Shown: positions 24,326 to 41,540 of the stretch, one piece after another
How the letters are laid out: the number at the start of each line of letters is the position of its first letter
Numbering within the stretch: position 1 is the stretch's first letter
Source of the DNA: Octopus bimaculoides
Lineage: Eukaryota
DNA: 64,000 nucleotides
Direction: 5' to 3'
Assembly: GCF_001194135.2 (NCBI RefSeq)
Contig: NC_068993.1
Span: 1,460,302-1,524,301 of the forward strand
Translations under genes and position numbers: made by a program
The notes under the pieces: model-generated
Told to the model about the DNA's origin: nothing
What the model saw: the letters and a program-made list of their open reading frames with translations, nothing else
Database searches by the model: none

Positions 24326-27300
24326 TTGCAGAAACCTTATTTATTTTTACAACTGATGCAGTTTCAATTCCACAACTTCATTTACCTATTTTCTTCTAAA
24401 CCTGACAAATCACAGAACACTGTCTGCCTTGAAGGGCTGTAAAAGATCCTTATACCATAGAAATGTCATTGTTAGAAATTCGATTATTATTTTTTAAGGA
24501 TGATAAATGAATTAAATGAATAAAACGATATTCAAGACTGAAAAAGAAGTTGTTGTGAAGCTGTTTCTCGTTAATTATCAGAATTTCCTGGATTGGAACA
24601 AATCCACCAATACGTGAAAGAGTATATAGCCGGTAGAATTGAATATAATTCTTTAGAGCTAGCTTTCGGATTGATCCTGGTGAAATAAGGGACAAACGAT
24701 CGAACAAAAAAAGTCATATCGGAAAGAGAGGGGAACTAAATAGACTTCAGTATTCAGTCAACTACTCTGCCGTCTCTATCCTCCCACCACCACCACTTTA
24801 GTAATATGTCACCATGTTTCTGTTTACATAATGTTTGTATATATTTTGCATTTCTTTTGTGTTTGCAAGGTAGTCTATTGGTTACAGTTTGTTATCTAAG
24901 TTCACTAAGTAACACTGATGCTGTCTAGCTGCCTGCCCGCCGCTCTCTCACGCAAAACGCACAAGGCTAGCGAGGGAGCCTCTGCATGGTCTTCGACTTG
25001 CTAAAAGCAGTAGCCGAATATTCTCCAAACAATACACTGCCGTCAGAAGGGATCATTGGATAAAGTATGGTGACGTAGTAAGGGTTCTAAGCTCCCTAAA
25101 ATAAAGACACTTTTGACACCATGGCTTTAATTAACAGGACAGTGGAAATTTTGTGCTCCCCGATTAGAGAAGGGGTCGACTTCCCTTCCCTGATACCTTC
25201 TTCCGTTGCTATGCCCCTGACAATGTAAATTTTAACAAAAATGATGATGGCGAAAGGAACACCTGTTATAATACGTAGCTTCGATCACGGTTGGCCTGAG
25301 GCTAAGTAACAACACCAAAAAAAAACAAAACATCCAACATTACTCTGCATCTTACGTAACCTAATTGTCATTAGATTAATTAGATAATTTACAATTCATT
25401 AGCTGCTTACCCACACGTGTGTGAAGAAAAATTGACATCGCCTCAGTGTCTATATATATCAGGTGTCGCTTCTTAAATCTTATCAAACATTGTAGAGCAG
25501 CGTGCTAAACCCACCCGTCGTAAATAGAATTGCGGCACACATCACACTCTCTCCTTACAAGCACCATATTTCCCTTTGTTGGCGACTGCATGCATTAACG
25601 GAATTTTGGTCATTATTTCTCTCTTGCATTAGCAATTCTTTATTACAAATAATGGTTTTGTATTCTTTTGATGTCTTTTATTGACGGCTTTTAATAGATG
25701 ACATTTTAGAAAATAGTGTCTGGAGAAATATCCTTTTCTAAAAACCAGACATCAACAACACGTTGCACACTACAAAGATCAACCACCACCACCACCTTCT
25801 CTCTGTTTCTCTCTCTCTCTTTGTAATTCTGTGATGATTCATCCTTCTTACTTTGCTAGTGTTCTACTTTTTAACAATTTTGACGATTCATTCAAAAACT
25901 GCCAACAGAATCCAATTTAGTGCAATGTTCTACAGTTTTTTTTTTATCGAGGATGTAAGGTGCCACTCACTCGCATGCCTACACAGATTTAGTTTCAAGC
26001 AAGCACACAGCAGAACACATGAATAATCCGAAATACAGTGCCATATATATATATATATANNNNNNNNNNNNNNNNNNNNNNNNNNNNNNNNNNNNNNNNN
26101 NNNNNNNNNNNNNNNNNNNNNNNNNNNNNNNNNNNNNNNNNNNNNNNNNNNNNNNNNNNNNNNNNNNNNNNNNNNNNNNNNNNNNNNNNNNNNNNNNNNN
26201 NNNNNNNNNNNNNNNNNNNNNNNNNNNNNNNNNNNNNNNNNNNNNNNNNNNNNNNNNNNNNNNNNNNNNNNNNNNNNNNNNNNNNNNNNNNNNNNNNNNN
26301 NNNNNNNNNNNNNNNNNNNNNNNNNNNNNNNNNNNNNNNNNNNNNNNNNNNNNNNNNNNNNNNNNNNNNNNNNNNNNNNNNNNTATGCAAAATAAAATTA
26401 GCAAAAAGAGAGAAATTTAAACATAAATATGACATTGATTGTTCCCAAGACAGAGAAAAAAATACTGTTTAAACATTTTTTCAGAAAACGAAATAAAAGA
26501 AAATGTTAGCAATGATTAATCTAGGATTAAATTAATTAATTAAACCTACCGAAATAATTAAAACAGAAGTATTATTTCTTTGAATATTTCAACATAAAAC
26601 AAAATTAAATCCGTGTGTACTTTTGTATAGAAATTCCTTTTTTTTTTTTTTTAGTTGTTAATTAATTGTGAAGAAAGATAACAATAGAAGACAATTATTT
26701 AAGAGACTGTTGTTAATTAATCTGTAATCGAACATCAATTGCTGTGTGAAAACAATGATTGGAATATAAAATCTAAACGGGAGTGTAGACAATGAGCTTT
26801 CTAAAATGTTGTTCCCCATTGCAAATAGTAATTAGATTGACGTAAATGTTATTAGAGGAAGTGCGAAGGACTAGCATCGACATGAACACAAGATGAACTA
26901 TCGATCTGTTCGGCTGGGGATATTAATAAATGATTCACCAACTATTTTAAGTATTTGACTTCATTGAACAGAAACAACCAACAACTCATTAACCTTAAAG
27001 AAAAATAAAATAACAATATCATAATATATAACCAGATCTAAGACAAACGATGTTATTTTCTGTTTTAGATAAAATTTGATGTGTGTCAGAAATATATATC
27101 CAAGGTGAAAGCAAATTGTTGATAATATTTGAAATTAGTAAATATCAAAACGGACACAGAATTGTAGGAGATTTAAAAGAAAAATCTATGTTAATTTTTA
27201 ATATTTTAATGTGAATGGTATTAAATAACAAGTAGTTAGTATTATAGTTAGTTTTAATAAGGTATTATTGCTAAATTTTGCAAGGAATCCGTCCGAACCC

Positions 27301-27716
27301 GAAGCATCAGGAGAATGCGTTGAGAAAACAGTCTGGAGGAGATACAACACATATTTAATACAATAAACCTCGTTTAACTCCCAGATATATGAATACAACA
27401 ACGGAAATAGAGAACAAGGGAGCATTTTCGAATTATTTTCATTGTCGTGAAAAACTGTAAAGACTGGGTTAAATGTAGAAGAAATAAAAAAAGAAATAAT
27501 GTTGTTACCTTTAGAGAGAGATCCGCGCTGCTATGCGTCATATGATGGAGATGTAAGGGAGGCTGCAGACGGAAGCAGGGTGGATAACTCTCGTTGGAAT
27601 ACACACACATATACACACACACAAGAGATTTACTGATTACCAGTGGGTGGGTGGGTATGTATGTGTTTGTGTGGATGTGTGTTTGTGTATATATGTTCGA
27701 GTGTATGTTTGCATGT

Positions 27717-27767
<51 letters not shown>

Positions 27768-27869
27768 NNNNNNNNNNNNNNNNNNNNNNNNNNNNNNNNN
27801 NNNNNNNNNNNNNNNNNNNNNNNNNNNNNNNNNNNNNNNNNNNNNNNNNNNNNNNNNNNNNNNNNNNNA

Positions 27870-27905
<36 letters not shown>

Positions 27906-27959
27906 CTTTTCAACTAGCAATAGCCACGCCTCGGATAACCCTCATTGGCTATGGTACCG

Positions 27960-28270
27960 CCAATAATCAGAAATCTGACTTTGTTGTGGTGAATAGAAAA
28001 AGATAAAACATGCCTGATAATCTATAAAGCATGCACTTGTGACAACAGAATCGAATAGAAAGAAGAAAAATACCGAACAACTTTGAGGAGTTGAAGTGGG
28101 AAATACGCAGGTTGCGAGCAATGAAGAGAGTGGACGTGATACCAGTAGTGATTGACACGCTTGGAAGTATCAGTTCTCAACTGCCAACGTAGCTCAAAAA
28201 GACTGGTACAAATGTTATGATAGAACACCTGCAAAAATCCTCATTGTTTGGAACTGCAAGAGTTGCCAGC
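27960..28270 (+). mobile_element. Restriction-like endonuclease (REL) domain fragment of an R4/Dong-like non-LTR retrotransposon
   Basis: Frameshifted translation: KSDFVVVN.. DKTCLII...DNRIE*KEEK.. FEELKWEIRRL.AMKRVDVIPVVIDTLGSIS...IEHLQKSSLFGTAR. This matches the REL C-terminus pattern (KPDIVV..., IPVVIGALG, LQK..LLGTAR). Confidence 0.8.
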
Positions 28271-28564
28271 AGAGTCTGTTGGCTGTGGACAGCAGAGCCT
28301 TTCCATCCGTAATACCACCTACAACCTTTGACAAATTGAAAATATCCACAAAACAGTTGGACGAAGCATATACAAAATAGCGAATAAAGACAAATGAGGC
28401 GGCGTAGGTCTTGTCATCTAGAAATAAAAGTGATCACACTGGAATGATTCTGAAGTGGAATGTGTCAGAGTCTATGACTTTTGAAAGTATAGTACCAAAT
28501 ATCAAATAGTTAGGAGTAAGACACCCGATCTGGAATAGCGACTCGATGTTAGGGTTTACAAGAC

Positions 28565-28740
28565 ATTGCTTGACAACCGATGCTGGTGTGTTTACGTCCC
28601 CGTAACTTAGCGGTTCGGCAAAAGTGTCCGATAGAATAAGTACTAGGCTTACAAAGAATAAGTCCTGGGGTCGATTTGCTCGACTAAAGACGGTGCTCCA
28701 GCATGGCCGCAGTCAAGTGACTGAAACAAGTAAAAGAGTA
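28565..28740 (+). mobile_element. SINE, family ending GGCCGCAGTC..TGACTGAAACAAGTAAAAGAGT
   Basis: Related copies at about 18385-18680 (minus), 19690-19742 and 37240-37440. Confidence 0.7.
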
Positions 28741-29600
28741 ACTGAGATTGAAGTGAGAAGTTCATAGACACGAGAATGATAATACCAGTTCGTAGTCATT
28801 AGTACACGGTAGCTGAAGCACTACATGAAGAAGTCGCGGACATGATGCTGAGTCGGTTACATGTCATACGTGATGTCGTGGCTGTGATGCTGCTGCTTGG
28901 GTCGCTTGTACAGGAGTTCATGCAGGTTGTATATTCGTTGTTGATCCATGGTGAAGTAATTCACGAACAGTGAACTGTTGGAACCTGGGTGAATTGCTTG
29001 CTGAGCTGTGTACGAAGAGAGATGATGTTGACGACGTTAAGGATATGATAGTGGCGACGAAGAAGGAGGTTGCCGTAGTGCTGTTGGACGAAGTTGGTAA
29101 ATCTCAACGTGGCTGCTGGGGTGGTAGTGTCGTCTGGTGTTGTCGCTGGAATTGGCTGTGTCTATGTGGTCAGTGGTTAGACTTTAAAAGATCTAGAACC
29201 AAAGACTTCAAAACGAGGAAAAGCTGAGTTTTTATTAGGAGCTGTAGGATCAAAACAGGTTGGTAAACAGGCTGTCCCGCGTGATCCTGTTTAGGGCCTT
29301 CGACTGGTTATACCCGGCGAGTTGGCGCAATCAAATAAGAGACAAATTGTGCCAATACCAATCAATCAATAGCGCCAAGTGCTAGCTGTTCCCTGCTACG
29401 TTCGAATGCACGTTGATATAATAAATGGGAGAGAGAAATTTCACCTGAGTTTACGCTATAACGCAAAACACTCACAACACGCACACACATTCTTTTGTTT
29501 TGTCCTGTACTGTCCATGTTTTTCTAAATGTAAACCCTTGTGGTTAATAAAGAAATCATCATCATTATCATCTTCATCATCATCATCATCATCATCATCA

Positions 29601-29818
29601 TTTAGCACGCCGGGCGAAATGCTTAGCGGCATTTCGTCTACCACTACGTTCTGAGTTCAAATTCCGCTGAGGTCGACTTTGTCTTTCATCCTTTCGGAGT
29701 CGATAAAATTAGTACCAGTTACGCACTGGGGTCGATTTAATCGACTTAATCCCTTCCTCCAAATTTGAAGCCTTGTACTTCCAGTAAAAAGGATTTATTA
29801 TTATTATTATTATTATTA
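29601..29818 (+). mobile_element. SINE, family A, well-preserved copy
   Basis: GGGCGAAATGCTTAGCGGCATTTCG...GTTCAAATTCC...AAAGGATT(ATT)n, preceded by (CAT)n. Confidence 0.8.
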
Positions 29819-32394
29819 TACGAAACCCAATGCATTTTCATTATTTTCCAAAAATTTTCCTTGGCTGATATTATTGGAGTTATCTCCCTTAGTTTCTTTT
29901 TATATTTTAAAACCTTGAAGGAAGATTTTATCTACTAATTTGAAAAGTAATTTCAGATTTTCAGTTCTCTATATTACATAGCTGAGACCCTACTGTCTGT
30001 ATATTGGATCTTTTCTGTCTGGTTTCACTGTACATTTAATACACAGGAACCGTTTTGTCCTTCAATCCTGTTACTCGTTAACATGTGTCGACTTTGGGAA
30101 CTGTGCCAATTTCCGTCATAGCCAGATGGCTTTCTAACAGTTTAGCTTCATCTCTCTTGTACAACTGGAAACTCGATCTCTCTCTCTCTCTCACACACAC
30201 ACACAGAGTTTTTCTCCTCTCTCCGAAACTCGATGCCTTAATACGTGGGTTTATTTCGGAGCTGCTAAGAATATATTCCATACAACTTCGCAAAACAACG
30301 GAGATGAGGAAGTCAACACCGCGTAGCACCACTAAATATGTAAATTACCAATAGCAACGACGACGATGACGACGAAAATAACAACATCCAAAACAAGAAC
30401 CACAAAAGCAACAACAACAACAACAGACATCTGTTACGATCCAATGATAGAGCTGCTAATATGATCGACCGATTTACTAAAAATAGCAGCCAATAAATCT
30501 CCAACAAATCGCACCCAACAGCTTCAATAAAACGAAGAAAACACAGTAGTTAATAGAGTTCTAGATACCCTTAAAAAGATGGAGTGCTCACGGCTGGAGT
30601 GCGTTCGATAATGAGTCTATGCGATCATGTTTGACCTTCGATTAAACAACAATATCAACAATTAACATGTTTGTTTTACACTCAAATTCAGTAGCGTTCC
30701 TTGGGATGATGAGTGACAGCGCACCCCGGGTGGTGCTTTTTCTTTCGCTTTCACGCCGACTTCAAAAGATCCCCTTTCCCCACAACCCCATATGTAAAAA
30801 AAAAAAATTTTTAGATTTATGGAAACCGACGATCATCTTCACAAATGTAAATAAACGCACGTGGTTTATAAGTGACAGTCGTGTGACTTGTCTCGTAAGA
30901 TCACCAAATCATTTATACCCTGTATGTTTTCTTTACAACAAATAATGCCATTGTGTGGTATGATATCAACGAAGTCATATTTGGTATTAAAAATAATTTT
31001 TTTTTCGCATGCAAATTTCAGTTCTAATGAGTGCAAGATTTCATTGCACAGCTTCCAGAAATGTGCACCAAATATCTAACAGCATTACTAAAGGTGACTG
31101 TGAGGCTGTGGTGCTGGAACAGCCAAGCACTCTTATAAGCATCACCTGATATTTCTGTAACATGAAACACCAACGACAAAAAAAAAAAAAAAAATTCTCT
31201 CTCATCGGCTCCGTACCCACGACTGTCTCAAAATACAAGTGAAAAAAAAATAATTCACCACCAGATTTCGGTATTTCGAGGTCTTGTTCTGTTCAGTTAC
31301 AGACAATGTAGCCTTCACTTCCATCACAGCATGTATAGTAAAGTGAAAAAAAAATCTCTAACCCTATAATGAAGATTAACCTCACCGAAGCATTTCCCAT
31401 TATCTCACGAGTTCCATAACTGACGGAATATCTACGCTGGTTTGAGCTCGTTTTATAACTTTGTTTCTTCCCACGGTTGCAACCCTCATTCAGTCGATAT
31501 GCCCATCTCTGAAGACTCTTGAAATCAACAGGCCTATCACATTAACACAGAACTGTGGTGTCGAACAAAATGTTGACTGTTAAGTTACGTCGTGTGTTCA
31601 AAACCAACCATCAGTGCCGTTTTAAGGCACGGGCATACTAGGCAATTGCCCAGAAGCCTCGTGTGTTTAGGGGCCCAATTCTAATCTATGCATACTGTGA
31701 CTTGCAGTCAACAGGGGCCTATAATGCTATTAAAACGACTCTAACTATCAGGGTCGACTTGGATTTTCGAACTTTGAAATCAATGTATTAACTACGTTAA
31801 TAATGACCTCATGTAAATTTATCTGCTTATAGCATTTTTTCTTTCTTCGTTTTTAAATCGCAATTCCATACTTGGTATGAGACTGATGCAGTGCCTAACA
31901 ATGAAGCTTACCTCCATATACACGACCTTGTGTCAAAGGAAGAAATTTATTCTGGAAAAATCGAATCAAAGAGATGCAGGAATATTTTAATTACCTAAAT
32001 ATTCAAATCAATTTTACATAGTACAATCAGCAATAGCCACCGTTGCCCTAATTTATTAATGACAAAAATAGAAATAAATAATCTCATGAATTTGCTATAT
32101 TTTGGAGAAGTTGCTTTAAATTTGCTGAACGTCTTTAGTTGGTTCAAGAATGGTGCTTTAGTCAGAATAACTGGGTCCAAAGAATTCAGAAAACAGTTCA
32201 AGTTGAGTTTTATGAAAATACACAAAAAATATAGAGCTTGTGATTAAATTTATTCTTAGGAGTTTTTTTTTTTTTAATTTACAAGGAAAGCATGTTTCGT
32301 TTTTTTTTTTCCGAAATATTTTATTCATTTACATAATTACTTCATTTAAAATAAAGAAATGTTTGGTTAATGGGTTGTAAACATTAACCAAATG

Positions 32395-32425
<31 letters not shown>

Positions 32426-32824
32426 CAGAAAGTATTAGAAAACATCGCAGGTGATAATAAAAAAATGTGATTTCTAACAAATAACACAGCAACAAATTTG
32501 TGGGGAAGCTATAGAGAATTTATCGATTCAGTACTTGATCGATACTTATTTAATCGACCTGGAAGGAAGAAAGTTACATTTGATCTCGACTCTATTTGAA
32601 GTCGAAACCTAAACAACAGCAACTAAATACTGCTTTTATTCCGACACCTCAACCGATTCTAGATACTAATTTAACAACTTGAAATAAGATAGACAATGAC
32701 ATAAAATAAGTAGGGAAACATTTGCTGTTACACCGGTTCAGTGACTTTTACTTAACTTTCATGTGCGATTTGGACTTCGTAATTATAAAATAATTATTTA
32801 TATTAATATTAATTACAGTCGAAA

Positions 32825-36517
<3,693 letters not shown>

Positions 36518-38228
36518 AGGGGGATACCATCAGTGTTTGGTCTCTTGTATTTAATACTACCACAAATGGTGGATGGTTGGCGTTTTCCTAAAAATATCTG
36601 AAAGAAACTCTGGAGTATCTTTCTATCGCTGTCTTCAAGTTTGTCAGATTTCAGCCCAGTACTGCAATCTGTCGAAACGATCCATTTAAACAATGCTCTG
36701 ACACAAAGAAAGACTCGACCCAGGTGACATGTCAGATCCTAACAGTTCATCCAAACTGTGATTGACAACATTAACAAGTTGTGGTGGTAGAAATGATTGT
36801 TCATTGAAGTAAAAGACCTCACAAATACTTCAGTATTAAATTTTGTTTCATTGTTCTGAGGTTAGCCCTGTCTTTCATCCCACCTATGGTCTATAAATAA
36901 TAACAGTCATATACTGCTTGGAATTGGTCCAGTGAATTACACCAATTGAGGAATTGGTTTGGTGACCTTCTGCCAACTCAAGGAATCAATGTTGTTACCT
37001 TATTTTGTAGAATATATAATTTTTTTAAAGATATTGCCTTTTGTTTCTTCTTTGTTTCACTTCCATTTCTGAGATTGTGTTTTTCACAATTTTAGGGATT
37101 CTTGGAGATAAATGTTTACTGTAATTTCATGTTCAGTGAGAATTAAAATCCAACTTACTGCATTTTGGTGTTGATGTAGCTAAAGTAATCCACAACAGAT
37201 CCCCCTAATTGAAAGTTAAAAGAGCCAGTGACAGGCATAGCTATGCAATTAGCAGCATAAAGCCATCATGTATGTGTTGTGTCCTTCATCAATGTGTGAC
37301 TTAGCAGTTTGATAAGTAGAGATTAATAAAAATGTTCACCTGGCTGAAATAAGTGCTAGATTCATATGACTGGGCTAAAACCCTTGAAAATGATGCCTGA
37401 CCATCGCCCACAGTCCAGTGCTAAAACCCAGTAAAAAACTTCTTGGTTTATTATGGATGACTAAAAGTGTGGGTTGAATGGATAGTATTGTATGTTAACT
37501 AGATTGATTAAAGAGAAACAAAGAAACATGCAAGTTAACAAAAAAAAATAACATTGTTAAATATTAGATTTTAGAGTAGAACACTAATTATAAGTAAATG
37601 AGAAAGAAAGCAGCAGGTGATTCTCGGGTGTAAAGGGTGAATGAAGGCTCTGAAATACTTGACATTTAAAACCAATGTCATCACTAATCTTCTGACTGGT
37701 TTGACTTGTGAGAGATTAAAGTTGAACATTTCACTTTATATTCCACCAATCATCACAAAGTTTATCAAGCTTCTACAAGGTTACTTACCTTACTAGAAAT
37801 AGCAGCAAAATCTTCCTGCAAATTCCGATCCTACTTCTTAATAGCTAGCACATTCGATGATGTAGTCATAAATACACAGTATCTCAAAGACTGGATGGTC
37901 ACAGTTAAAACATGTTTGATTATAGGGTCTGCCAGATGAAGCTTGACCTAGGGTTAAACAACAACAGTTACAAGCACTACTTGCATGCTTGACCCCTGTA
38001 TTCTACGATTTATGTTCTTTTGTCCCCTCCACCTTGATATTGGTGACCCTTTCACAAGATTAAAACATGTTTCTGTATTATAAACTGCTTCAATTAAATG
38101 TCTGAGTATCTCATGGAAAATTTATTAAGAACATCTCTGAAGAAATATTTACAAGTTTATCAAATATTAAAAGAAAAAAAAATTAAATTTATTAGTTGGT
38201 GTCTCTGGAACGTTCTGTTATAAATACT

Positions 38229-41137
38229 TTAATCCAAGAATTCGGCAAGTTTTGATTGTCTATAAACCAAAACATCTTCCCGGCATTGGCTCAACAGTTC
38301 CAGTTCATGAGGATTCAATGTACAATAACTTACATTTATCCATTTCAAAGACTGTTTCTTCCGTAATAATTCTTCCAAACTTTTCCCACTCAACATCGTA
38401 CAATGAGCAACATTTACATTTTGTAACATGAGTAAGGAATTAGCGATATAATAGATTCCACTGTCGGTACAACTGACCTTTGAAAACTCAAATGTTTCCA
38501 AATGTGTCAGGTTATCACACACCGTTTTCAGACCGTTATCTGTCACGCGATAACAATAATTAATGTAAAGTTTTTTTAAGAATCGGAAAGCTGAGATGTC
38601 TTTCATATCTAAATCATCCACTCGTGTTGTCATTGACAAATTCAATGTTTGAAGATTAGGAATTTGATTCTGAAGTCCACAAAACCAATTTGGTGTCCAC
38701 ATACAACTTTTAATTGTTAAATGAATTAATGAAGGCATTAACTTGTTACCATCAATATGATGTATATTAACTGATTTTAAACTCAAATTATTGAGATTGG
38801 GACATTTGTTACGCAAATCTTCCAGAACTTTGTTAGAAATAACTTTACAATTCCATTTGATGGGACGTCCTGCAAGAAAAAAAAACAAAGAACATCATTA
38901 AAATATCAAAACATCATTTTCCTCTACTGACAGTATCACAAGAGAATCTAGGAATGGTCCTATCTTTGAAAGAAATCTATAATTGAATTCAGGAATGGCA
39001 TCTGGATGGAATACTGCCTCCAGAAATCTCATTCAACCAAAGTCAGCATGGGAAAAAAAATCTCATTCAACCAAAGTCAGCATGGGAAAAAAATATAGAC
39101 ATCAAAATGACGATGATATAATAATTTATCCAGGCACTGAGGAGGTTGCTTAACCCCAGCACACCTAAGATTAACCCTTTAACATTTAATCCAACCATTC
39201 TATTTTCCATGCTGGCATGGGTTAGACAGTTTGACAGGAGCTGTCCAGACTCCAATTGTCTGTTTTAGTTTGATTTCTACAGATGGATGCCCTTTCTAAC
39301 ACCAACCACTTTACAGAGTGTGCTGGGTGCTTTTTATGTGCCACCAGCAGGATTACAAAAATATATCAAATAAAAGTGACAAACTTACTAGAATTTCTTC
39401 GGAATCCTTGCAGTTTCAGGCATTGAAGTGAACTTTGAAAATGTGCTTTCATTAAGATTTTCAGAGCTTTTAAATCACAAGAATAACTTCTGATGTCAAC
39501 TGTTCGCCACAAAACAGGGTCGTTAGCAATTTTCTTCCATCTTCTGCACACACTTCAATAAAAGAACAGAAAATAACTATAGGGAAATGTCTTTTACAGT
39601 TTATATTCTAGGATACATCAACAATCTACAAGTAACATTTTTACAAAAAAAAAAAAAATATGAATATCTTTGTTTATGTATTGTTGACAAGAAAACTGTT
39701 AGAGGAACCCTTAGCAAAGAACAAACTAGAAGCATTTGTCAGCCAGGTATATCTCTTGACAAGGTCCAACTTATGGTTTGTATGAACTTCCAGAAAATGT
39801 ATGGTGTTAAATATAGTTTACATGAGTTCAATAAATATTTTAAAAAACATCTAGGCGACAGAAAGGTGTTCCAGCCATAAAACCCACAAATACAATGAAA
39901 GAAAATTGGCGATTTTCTCTGCTGTTGTGTTGAAGCAGTGAGACGCTGGGAGATCCATTTCAACGATGACAACCCATGGAAAAATAGACGTAAAATATTA
40001 ATGATGTGTGATGACGACGAGTTAAAAAAAAAAACAACCTGTAATTAACCTTCCGTTCTTCTTTTAGTCCGTGGGCTATGCGAATCTATATGTATAAGTG
40101 TGTGTTTTACAAATAGAATAAAATATATATTCAAAGAGTTACCATCCTGAGATAAACTTCGTAATAAGCAACACAGATTCTAAACAGTTTGACATAATCA
40201 TATTCACTCCATTTCTGACAACAAACATCAAAATATTTCCTATGGCAAATAAATTGGCCACGTAATAAGAATTTCTTCAGTAGTCGCCAAAGAAACTGTC
40301 CCCAACTCTGCTGAAAAAGATTTCTTTATTTGAAAGGGGAAGCCATATATGCCACAAATTCTCTAGACGTCGGAAGTGTCTGTTCAATGGAAGAAGCCAA
40401 TACTGCCGTTTATTGAATTAACAATTATTTGCAACTTGGGCAGAAGGCCAGACATTTTTGTAAGAGGAGTTTGCTTAATTTAACTGATTCTATCTATTTT
40501 ACTGACCCCACCACCCTCGCCCACAAAATGAAAGTAGTATCGACATTGCCAGGATTTGAACCCAAACTTGTAAAACGAACAACGTTACCAACAACATTCA
40601 AGCATGAACGGAAAATTTATCTGACGACGATAAATCTAATGCTGTAGTAATTACTTCACCACAACAAGTATATTTTAATAAATTAATTTTTAAAAAACCA
40701 CCTTGACATTTGGCACAGAAACGGATCGACAGGAGTCACTTCCCGGTTACTCGACCTGCAAGAAATAGCAGTCAACAATCCCTCAAATCACAACAAACTA
40801 TTTTAAATAAAATATAACCGATGGAACAGAGCGAGGGTCATTATTACAAAAGACGGATTCTGTGCAGTTTCTGAGAAATTCCGGCATTTAACTCGTAAAT
40901 GAACGATTCATTAGTGACAGCTATATTAAATCCCAAAATACTGACCATATTCAAGAAGTTCCATCCTTATTAAATATATTTTTTTATATACAATTATATT
41001 TTATATTTAATAAACGTTTTGTTTTTAGATATTTAATGATGTTCGTGTTTAGTTATTATGGTTTCTGTTTGGATTTTATTTTGAGTTTACAGTTGTAATA
41101 GGAAGNNNNNNNNNNCGCCAAATGTATGTGCTTGTAC

Positions 41138-41189
<52 letters not shown>

Positions 41190-41540
41190 AATAGATAGAT
41201 AGATAAACAGGTGTGTGTCTGTGGTCGTACTTTATGAGTGTGCTTTGTGTATACATGTGTGTTTTATATTTGTGTGGTTTCTATACGCGTGTGTGCATAG
41301 CTTTATATGATGTAAGAGTAAATGGCTAAGAAGAGTCTTTTGACACAACATGAAAGAAGACAGGGGACAAAAAAAGATGGTGAGAAATATAAAAAAAAAA
41401 CTGAGAAAGAAATAATTAACCCCAAAACAAACTCACGCTGCACAAATACACAGGGATTTGACGGGTAGATTCTGAAAGATCATGAGAATCAAGGAATCGG
41501 GAAGCCATGCAAAGAGACATGGTTCCGATGCCATGACCAT
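38229..41540 (-). CDS. F-box/leucine-rich repeat protein, FBXL12-like; exons 41540-41437, 39552-39389, 38869-38229; 302 aa
   Basis: F-box LPDSLILMIFQNLPVKSLCICA|AVCRRWKKIANDPVLWRTVDI, followed by cysteine-containing LRRs (CPNLNNLSL, L..L.LS.T.RVDD, CYRVTD.GL). GT-AG sites with phases 2/1 are consistent; total 909 nt. The FBXL12 subfamily call is by resemblance only. Confidence 0.92.

Noticed and set aside
24582-24632. Plus-strand exon-like segment EFPGLEQIHQYVKEYIA
   Set aside because: Weak donor and no credible partner exons.
10440-27560. Recurrent YDG peptide in unrelated frames (about 10470, 11300, 19575, 27545)
   Set aside because: It comes from the common 8-mer TATGATGG; there is no flanking similarity.
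39739-40310. Two phase-compatible minus-strand open frames inside F-box intron 1
   Set aside because: No start codon, poor second acceptor, and F/C/W/Y-rich composition typical of chance frames in AT-rich DNA.
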